Of a stretch of 13,566 bases of DNA, positions 7,749 through 13,566 are shown one piece after another. This stretch comes from Promethearchaeia archaeon (GTDB lineage Archaea; Asgardarchaeota; Lokiarchaeia; Sigyniarchaeales; SOKP01): NCBI GenBank assembly GCA_046497275.1, contig JAWOFX010000129.1:1-13566 (forward strand). The letters are read 5' to 3'. Below the pieces are notes generated by a model. It was given only the letters and a program-made list of their open reading frames with translations, did no database searches and was not told the origin of the DNA. How positions within the stretch are numbered: the first letter of the stretch is position 1; each line of letters opens with the position of its first letter. The translations under genes were made by a program, and so were the position numbers.

Positions 7749-8394
7749 CCTGATTCTCGAATGTGGATATACTGGTGAAAATATCTCATGGACAGCAACT
7801 GATGATAATCCTAATACCTATACGATTGAACTTCAAGGTTCTGGAATCGTGGCAGGACCAACTGCGTGGTCTAGTGGGGTCGCAGTAAATTATGATATAC
7901 CTAACGGATTCCCATTAGGAGAATATTATTATATAATCAATTATACGGACGATTATCAGAATTTTGTGATTGACACTGTTAAATTCACTGTAGGTGATAC
8001 AGTAGATCCTATAATTACTGATGCTCCAGCAGATTATGAGTGTTTTATTGGATATGCAGATGTGTGTCTCTTTTGGATTGCCACCGATGCTCATCCCGCT
8101 ACATTTACTGTTGAGCATCAAGGTCATGGTATTGTAGCAGGACCAAATCCTTGGATAAGTGGAAATAATATGAGTTATACTCTTCCAGAAGGGTTATCAG
8201 TGGGAGAACACTTTTTTACCATCAATTTTACTGATCTTGCTGGAAATTTTGCCACTGACACAGTAAAAATAACAATTCAAGAAGAAAATGGTGTTGACCC
8301 TCCTTCATCTATTCCTTTCGGAAATTGGTTTTTAGTTTTTATGACAATTTCCATTATTGGAATAGTGTTTATTCAAAATAAAAGAAAAAAATAG
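7720..8394 (+). pseudogene. 5'-truncated paralog of the surface-protein gene: two Ig-like repeats plus C-terminal anchor; frame still open (224 aa)
   Basis: Homology to the 2236 gene starts abruptly at about 7740 (cccaagtgac = 4197-4206). No signal peptide and no LVIVD part. The ATG at 7720 is an out-of-frame ATG inside the TPR remnant. Confidence 0.8.
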
Positions 8395-8402
8395 TCATGA
8401 TC

Positions 8403-8434
8403 TTTTTTTTTAATTTTATTTTTTAATTTTTTTT
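8403..8434 (+). terminator. U-rich terminator after the truncated surface-gene copy
   Basis: T9 and further T runs at the same distance from the stop as in copy 1. Confidence 0.55.
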
Positions 8435-8479
8435 ATCTCAAAAATTATTAGTCCATATTTCAACTTTATATATAAGTAA
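8435..8479. promoter_or_regulatory. Second copy of the 45-nt conserved block with TTTATATA
   Basis: Identical to 5459-5503; flanking DNA differs. Confidence 0.5.
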
Positions 8480-8578
8480 ATTCAATTTTAAAATGACAAT
8501 AGAAATTAATCGAAGGAGATTTTTTAATAATAATTTTTAAACTAGGCGATATAAATTATTTCTAAAAAGTTAGAGCAA

Positions 8579-10483
8579 GTGAGGAATTTAATCAAGAAAG
8601 ATAAAAACCAAAGTGCTATCGTTATTTTAAACGAAATTGAAGAAAAGGAAGATCTAGAACAAACAGAATTACTAAACTTATATCATTATAAAGCAACTGC
8701 TTTTATCAGATTGGGAAATTATCCGGAAACATTAAAGTATGCCAAAAAAGCTTATCGTATTATTCGTAAAAAAGGACTAAGTTCTCAGCTACTTGAATCA
8801 TTAATAATGTTAGGCCACTCGTCAAGTTGGTTGGGAAATTTCGAAAAAGGGTATCAATATTTAAACGATTCGGAGCAGATACTAAATAAACTTGCTGATC
8901 TTTCAGAAAAAAGAAGAATAAAATACGAAGCAATGATATGTCTTAGTAAGAATTGTGGATATATGCAAAAAGGAAAAAATGAACGAATTTATCATTTAGC
9001 AATGAAAGTTTTGAATCTAAGTGAACAAATTGATGATAAATTTGTTTTAGCTGAATTATATTATCAATTAGCATCAATTTATACATTTTATAAAATTGAT
9101 GTAAAAAAAGCTATTAAATATTCACAAAGTTGCCAAAATCTTGCAGAAGAGCTTGAAAATAAAACTATAATCGCCTTAAATTTAGTAACTATGGGGTCCA
9201 TTTATATAATGATAGGCGATTTAGAAAAAGCATTTTTTTATCATAAAGAAGCACTGAAAAATACTGATATCTTTATGATTAGAATGTCAATTTTTAATAA
9301 TCTTTCTATGATTTATTGCCAAAAAGGAGAATTAAATAAAGCTTTAGAATCACTCGAAAAAGCTTTTAATATAGCTGATAACAATAAAGCTCCTTATATG
9401 ATGATCAGCATACTAACGAGTATTATTGAGGTCTTGGTTTTAAAAAATGAAGCAAAAATAGCAGAGAATCATTTAATAACACTTAAAGATATAGCAGAAA
9501 AAGAGAAAAGCAAACTTGCTGAAATATATGCTAATTTCTGTGAAGCTCTCATCTTGAAATCAAAGAAACGCATCCAAGATCACGCAAAAGCACAAAGAAT
9601 TTTTGAAGAAATAATCCAAAAAGAGGAGTATTACGGAGAGCTAACAATGAAAGCTCTTATAAATCTTTGTGATCTATTTATCGAAGAATTTAGATTGACC
9701 TCTGAATTAGAAGTATTAGAAGACCTAAATCAATTTTTAGAAAAATTATTAATTATCGCAGAAGAACTTAATTCTTTTTGGATCTTAGCTGAAACATATC
9801 TTTTGCAAGCTAAAATTGTTTTATTAAAGGGAGATTTGAAGGCTACAAGGAAAATACTAATTGATGCTCAACATGTTGCAGAAGAGCACGACCTTAAATT
9901 GTTATTGGGTAAAATATCATATGAGCACGATAAGATTTTGAAAAGTTTGAAGACTTGGGAATCTCTTATTGAAAATGAAGCACCCTTAAAAGAACGTATA
10001 GAATTAGCTGAGCTAGATGTGCATATCGAAAATATGCTTTTCAATCGTAAAAAGAGTCTTGAGATCTCTGAAGAAGAACCTGTAATCATTTTCATTATAA
10101 GCGAGGGTGGAAATCCTCTCTTTTCCCATTCATTTATTGAGAATTTAAAATATGAATCGCACCTCTTTGGAGGATTTTTAACCACGATTGATTTTTTTAT
10201 CAAAGAGATGTTTTCGGAAGGTTTAGACAGAGCAGTGTTTGGGGATTATACTCTACTCATGAAATCCATTTCACCTTTTTTCATAACATATGTGTTTAAA
10301 GGAGATTCTTACTATGCCTTACAAAGAATAGGATATTTTACTGAAAAAATACAAAAAAATACCATTATTTGGAATAATTTAAAAAAAAGATTCCAACAAA
10401 ATAGGTCACTCCGATTAGAAGATATTCCCTCATTTGATTTATTATTAAGATCAGTTTTTATTGAGAAAAATATTCCTTTATAA
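8579..10483 (+). CDS. TPR-repeat protein with C-terminal longin-like domain, paralog 2 (634 aa from GTG; frame extends 8 codons upstream to ATT at 8555)
   Basis: TPR motifs (MGSIYIMIGDLEKAFFYHKEA; LSMIYCQKGELNKALESLEKA). Longin-like C-terminus from ~10070 (VIIFIISEGGNPLFSHSF..HLFGGFLTTIDFFIKEMFSEGLDRAVFGDYTLLMK). Confidence 0.85.
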   Translation: MRNLIKKDKNQSAIVILNEIEEKEDLEQTELLNLYHYKATAFIRLGNYPETLKYAKKAYRIIRKKGLSSQLLESLIMLGHSSSWLGNFEKGYQYLNDSEQILNKLADLSEKRRIKYEAMICLSKNCGYMQKGKNERIYHLAMKVLNLSEQIDDKFVLAELYYQLASIYTFYKIDVKKAIKYSQSCQNLAEELENKTIIALNLVTMGSIYIMIGDLEKAFFYHKEALKNTDIFMIRMSIFNNLSMIYCQKGELNKALESLEKAFNIADNNKAPYMMISILTSIIEVLVLKNEAKIAENHLITLKDIAEKEKSKLAEIYANFCEALILKSKKRIQDHAKAQRIFEEIIQKEEYYGELTMKALINLCDLFIEEFRLTSELEVLEDLNQFLEKLLIIAEELNSFWILAETYLLQAKIVLLKGDLKATRKILIDAQHVAEEHDLKLLLGKISYEHDKILKSLKTWESLIENEAPLKERIELAELDVHIENMLFNRKKSLEISEEEPVIIFIISEGGNPLFSHSFIENLKYESHLFGGFLTTIDFFIKEMFSEGLDRAVFGDYTLLMKSISPFFITYVFKGDSYYALQRIGYFTEKIQKNTIIWNNLKKRFQQNRSLRLEDIPSFDLLLRSVFIEKNIPL

Positions 10484-10597
10484 GAGATTTAAAAAACAGA
10501 ATTGAAAGTGAAAAATTATATTATTTATTTGAATATAGAAAAATTAGTAATTTTATTTAATGAATTTTTTTAAAACATTAGTATCCAACAAATTTGT

Positions 10598-12547
10598 ATG
10601 AAATCTAAACAAATAGTAGAAGCCAAACAATTATTTGAGGAAGGAAAGTTCGAAGAAGTAATTACTTCATTAAATAAGATTAAAAAAATCCAAGATTTAA
10701 CGGACTTAGAAAAACTTACATATCACCTTCTAAAAAGTTCTGTTTTCATGAGATTTAGAATGGATAAAAAATGTCTTAAATATTCAAGTATTGCTTGTCG
10801 TGAAAGCCAGAAATTGGAGCAAAATCTTTTTTTAATCGATGCGATTCTAAATAAAGCTTGGGCTATTCTTTGGTTAGGCAATTGGAAAAAAGCTAATGAG
10901 TTAATTAAAAAAAGTGAGGATATTCTTAATTCTCTAACAAATTTAACTATGTTAGAATTCCAACGTAAGAAAGCATTTATTTTTTTCATGAAAGCTTCTT
11001 GTTATTGGTTTCATGCTAATCAAGATGGTTTGAATTATGCAGAAAGAAGTCTGGAAATACGAAAAAAGCTTGGCATAAAATTTGAAATAATTGAATCTTA
11101 CAGCATAGTCTGTGCGTATTATACTCATATAAAAGACGATTTGGATTATGTACTGAAAGTATTAGAAAAATCTCAAGCACTTGCAATTGAAATTAACCAT
11201 CCATGGGTATATACCTACAACTCTAAGAGTTTTGGAGATATTTATTATATGAAAGGGGATTTAAAAAAAGCATTAATGTATTATAAAAGAGGTGTTAATT
11301 ATTTTGAGGAATTAAACGATTTATATCCTGCTCTTATAACTATAAGCGAAATAGGTAATATTTATAGAGAAATGGGTGATATAAGTCAAAGCTGTGATTA
11401 TCTTAAATATAGTTATAGAATTGCTAAAAAAAATGGTAACAAATGGATAAAAAGTGAAGTGATTGCAAACTTAATAGAAGTTTTAATTATTAATGGAGAT
11501 ATTCAACCTGCTAAAATGCATTTGAAAGAATTAGAGGAAATTTACAAAGCATTACCCAATAACAAACGTATTGAACAAACTTACTTGCTTTCTAAAGCTC
11601 TTATTTTAAAATCAAATCTAAGATTTAAAAGTCAAGCAAAAGCACAAGAAATATTAAAGGATATTATTGATGAAGAAAAGATAAAAAATGAATATCTTAT
11701 AGTTGCGTTATTAAATTTATGCGATTTATTACTAGAAGAATTAGAAATTACTAATAATATGGAAATAATAGATGAAATAAATCAACTCATTAAGAAATTA
11801 ATAGAAATTACAGAAAATTTGAAGTCATATTGGACATTAAGTGAAACATTTGTATTACAAGCAAAAATATCGCTTCTAAAATTCGATTTAATGGATGCGA
11901 GAAGACTTCTAACACAAGCCCAAAAGATAGCTGAAAAATATCAAATGAATCGATTAGCTGCCAAAATTTCTTTCCAGCATGATGATTTACTTCAGAAATT
12001 GACTATGTGGAAAAAATTAAAGAATTCGGATTCTTCTTTAGCTGAACGCATGAAATTATCTGATTTAAAGACACAAATATCATCCATGATCCAAAAACGT
12101 AGAGATCAAATTCCATTAATAGAAGAGGAAAATCCAATAATCTTACTCATAAGCACAGAGGATGGGGATCCTATATTTTATCATTCCTTTATTCAAGAAG
12201 AAACAATCCCATCCCATCTAATTAGAGGATTCTTAACGAGTATTGATTTTTTCATAAGAGAAATGTTTTCTGAGGATCTTGACAGAGTTATGTTTGGAGA
12301 CTATACCTTAATAATGAAATCTATCAAACCATTCTTTATTGCTTATATATTTAAAGATAATTCTTATCACGCTCTTCGAAAATTGAATTATTTTATTAAG
12401 AATATAAAAAAAGATTATGAGATTTGGGAAGATCTAATAAAAAATTACCATATGAATAAAGAGATTCACATAAAAGGTAAACTCTTGCTTAAAGAAATCA
12501 TAAAAAAAACCTTTTTGGATAGAATCTCTATTTCAAATAATGGATAA
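10598..12547 (+). CDS. TPR-repeat protein with C-terminal longin-like domain, paralog 3 (649 aa)
   Basis: Same length as and colinear with the 5631 protein (roughly half of residues identical by eye, not computed). Longin-like domain from ~12122. Confidence 0.85.
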   Translation: MKSKQIVEAKQLFEEGKFEEVITSLNKIKKIQDLTDLEKLTYHLLKSSVFMRFRMDKKCLKYSSIACRESQKLEQNLFLIDAILNKAWAILWLGNWKKANELIKKSEDILNSLTNLTMLEFQRKKAFIFFMKASCYWFHANQDGLNYAERSLEIRKKLGIKFEIIESYSIVCAYYTHIKDDLDYVLKVLEKSQALAIEINHPWVYTYNSKSFGDIYYMKGDLKKALMYYKRGVNYFEELNDLYPALITISEIGNIYREMGDISQSCDYLKYSYRIAKKNGNKWIKSEVIANLIEVLIINGDIQPAKMHLKELEEIYKALPNNKRIEQTYLLSKALILKSNLRFKSQAKAQEILKDIIDEEKIKNEYLIVALLNLCDLLLEELEITNNMEIIDEINQLIKKLIEITENLKSYWTLSETFVLQAKISLLKFDLMDARRLLTQAQKIAEKYQMNRLAAKISFQHDDLLQKLTMWKKLKNSDSSLAERMKLSDLKTQISSMIQKRRDQIPLIEEENPIILLISTEDGDPIFYHSFIQEETIPSHLIRGFLTSIDFFIREMFSEDLDRVMFGDYTLIMKSIKPFFIAYIFKDNSYHALRKLNYFIKNIKKDYEIWEDLIKNYHMNKEIHIKGKLLLKEIIKKTFLDRISISNNG

Positions 12548-12635
12548 GTTTCTCTATTAAAAAATATTAAATTCTTTTTTAATTGAAACTAAAAGATTAT
12601 TTTCAACTAAAAATTTATATTACCTAAATTTTATT

Positions 12636-12643
12636 TTTATATA
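12636..12643 (+). promoter_or_regulatory. Candidate TATA box for the GTPase gene
   Basis: TTTATATA ends 38 nt before ATG 12681 but only 17 nt before TTG 12660, which favours the ATG start. The AT-rich background lowers specificity. Confidence 0.35.
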
Positions 12644-12659
12644 GTAATTTTACCATAAC

Positions 12660-13226
12660 TTGTTAGATCATAATGAAAAAATGTCTAGTTCAGAAGATTT
12701 TATTTTTAAGATAACTTTAATCGGAGATGGGGCAGTTGGAAAGACTTCCTTGATAAAAAGATATACTCATGGGACTTTTGAAAAAGATTATATTAAGACT
12801 ATAGGTGCCCAATTTTCAAGATATAACAAAAAAATCGAGGGAGATGAGGTAGAATTAATATTTTGGGATATAGCAGGCCAAGATTTCCTTTTTTTACACC
12901 CTTTATTCTATAAAGAAAGTAAAGCGTGTATAATTGTATTTAGCCTCGAAGAAAATGATTTGGGTAATGATAGTTTTAAACATATAAAAGATTGGTATAA
13001 AGAACTTAAAAAATATTGTGGAGTTATCCCAGTTGTTTTATTGGCAAATAAAGTGGATTTAATAGATGAAAGTAATTTAAATACTACTAAAATTCAAAAT
13101 ATTGTAGATAAATATAACCTGCTTGATTTTTACACAACTTCAGCCAAAACTGGACAAGGAGTTATAGATGCCTTCAATAATATTATAAATAAACTATATC
13201 TCGATAGTAAAGCCTTAAGTGGATAA
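12660..13226 (+). CDS. Rab-like small GTPase of the Ras superfamily (likely start ATG 12681)
   Basis: G1 GDGAVGKT, G2 YIKTIG, G3 WDIAGQ, G4 NKVD, G5 SAK. No C-terminal cysteine for prenylation. Confidence 0.95.
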   Translation: MLDHNEKMSSSEDFIFKITLIGDGAVGKTSLIKRYTHGTFEKDYIKTIGAQFSRYNKKIEGDEVELIFWDIAGQDFLFLHPLFYKESKACIIVFSLEENDLGNDSFKHIKDWYKELKKYCGVIPVVLLANKVDLIDESNLNTTKIQNIVDKYNLLDFYTTSAKTGQGVIDAFNNIINKLYLDSKALSG

Positions 13227-13321
13227 TAAAATCTTATTCCTTTTATTAAATTAATCTCTTAATCTAATTCTTAATAGATATCAATAAAAACTAATTTAAT
13301 TATTATTCAATTTGAATATGT

Positions 13322-13329
13322 TTTATATA
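13322..13329 (+). promoter_or_regulatory. Candidate TATA box for the deacetylase gene
   Basis: TTTATATA ends 35 nt before ATG 13364; a 7-bp inverted repeat TATTCAA-T-TTGAATA (13304-13318) lies just upstream. Confidence 0.3.
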
Positions 13330-13363
13330 GAGATTTATAAATAAAACAATTAAATCTATAATT

Positions 13364-13566
13364 ATGAAAATTATTATATTCGCTCCACACCCAGATGATG
13401 AGATCTTTGCTTGTGGAGGAAGCATACTGAAATGGCTTGAAAAAGATCATCAGATACATCTAATTTACGTTACAGATAATAGAGCTCTAATTGAATGGGG
13501 TATAAAAGAAAATCAATTACTTGAAGATTGTGCCCAAAAATATAGGAGTCTTTCTAAAGATGAAAT
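13364..13566 (+). CDS. PIG-L/LmbE family deacetylase (5' partial, runs off the window)
   Basis: Not in the ORF track. Translates as MKIIIFAPHPDDEIFACGGSILKWLEKDHQIHLIYVTD..., with the PHPDDE metal-binding signature. Confidence 0.9.
   Translation, partial: MKIIIFAPHPDDEIFACGGSILKWLEKDHQIHLIYVTDNRALIEWGIKENQLLEDCAQKYRSLSKDE

Larger units (their letters stand above)
7795..8556 (+). repeat. Direct repeat copy 2 of about 4825-5585
   Basis: Includes exactly identical tracts of 111 nt (7912-8022 = 4942-5052) and 82 nt (8024-8105 = 5054-5135). Confidence 0.95.

Noticed and set aside
7677-7800. Insertion sequence or its footprint as the cause of the rearrangement
   Set aside because: No transposase, terminal inverted repeats or target-site duplication; the two homologies meet within a few bases.
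4945-8127. Near-identical 70-aa minus-strand ORFs at 4945-5157 and 7915-8127
   Set aside because: Their similarity follows from the plus-strand duplication, whose differences are mostly synonymous in the plus frame.
4831-8145. Diversity-generating retroelement template/variable repeat pair
   Set aside because: The 10 differences are not adenine-specific (only 3 have A in copy 1, 1 in copy 2), most are synonymous, and no reverse transcriptase is in the window.
6715-10989. Short ORFs 6715-6915, 6749-6961, 9868-10203 and 10723-10989
   Set aside because: All lie antisense within TPR-longin genes and lack motifs.
13304-13342. Palindromes TATTCAA-T-TTGAATA and ATTTATAAAT as a separate operator finding
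   Set aside because: Almost pure A/T in a very AT-rich spacer, so chance is likely; no second copy noticed.

Overview
AT-rich window that looks like Asgard archaeal (Lokiarchaeia-like) DNA. This taxonomy is inferred from gene content only: a Rab-like GTPase without a prenylation tail, TPR proteins with longin-like C-termini, and a PGF/Loki-CTERM-type sorting tail. Left to right: a possible gene tail (1-108); a minus-strand tandem winged-helix + TPR protein; a divergent intergenic region holding a symmetric operator-like motif with 11-bp periodicity; a large surface protein (signal peptide, 14 LVIVD repeats, 4 Ig-like repeats, C-terminal anchor); a TPR-longin gene; a deletion scar; two more TPR-longin paralogs; a Rab-like GTPase; and the start of a PIG-L/LmbE deacetylase. 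The scar fuses the first ~20 codons of a fourth TPR-longin gene, out of frame, to the 3' end of a second surface-protein gene. The locus reads as an old tandem duplication of a [surface protein - TPR-longin - TPR-longin] unit, later collapsed by deletion and partly homogenised. No rRNA, tRNA, CRISPR array or transposase was seen.
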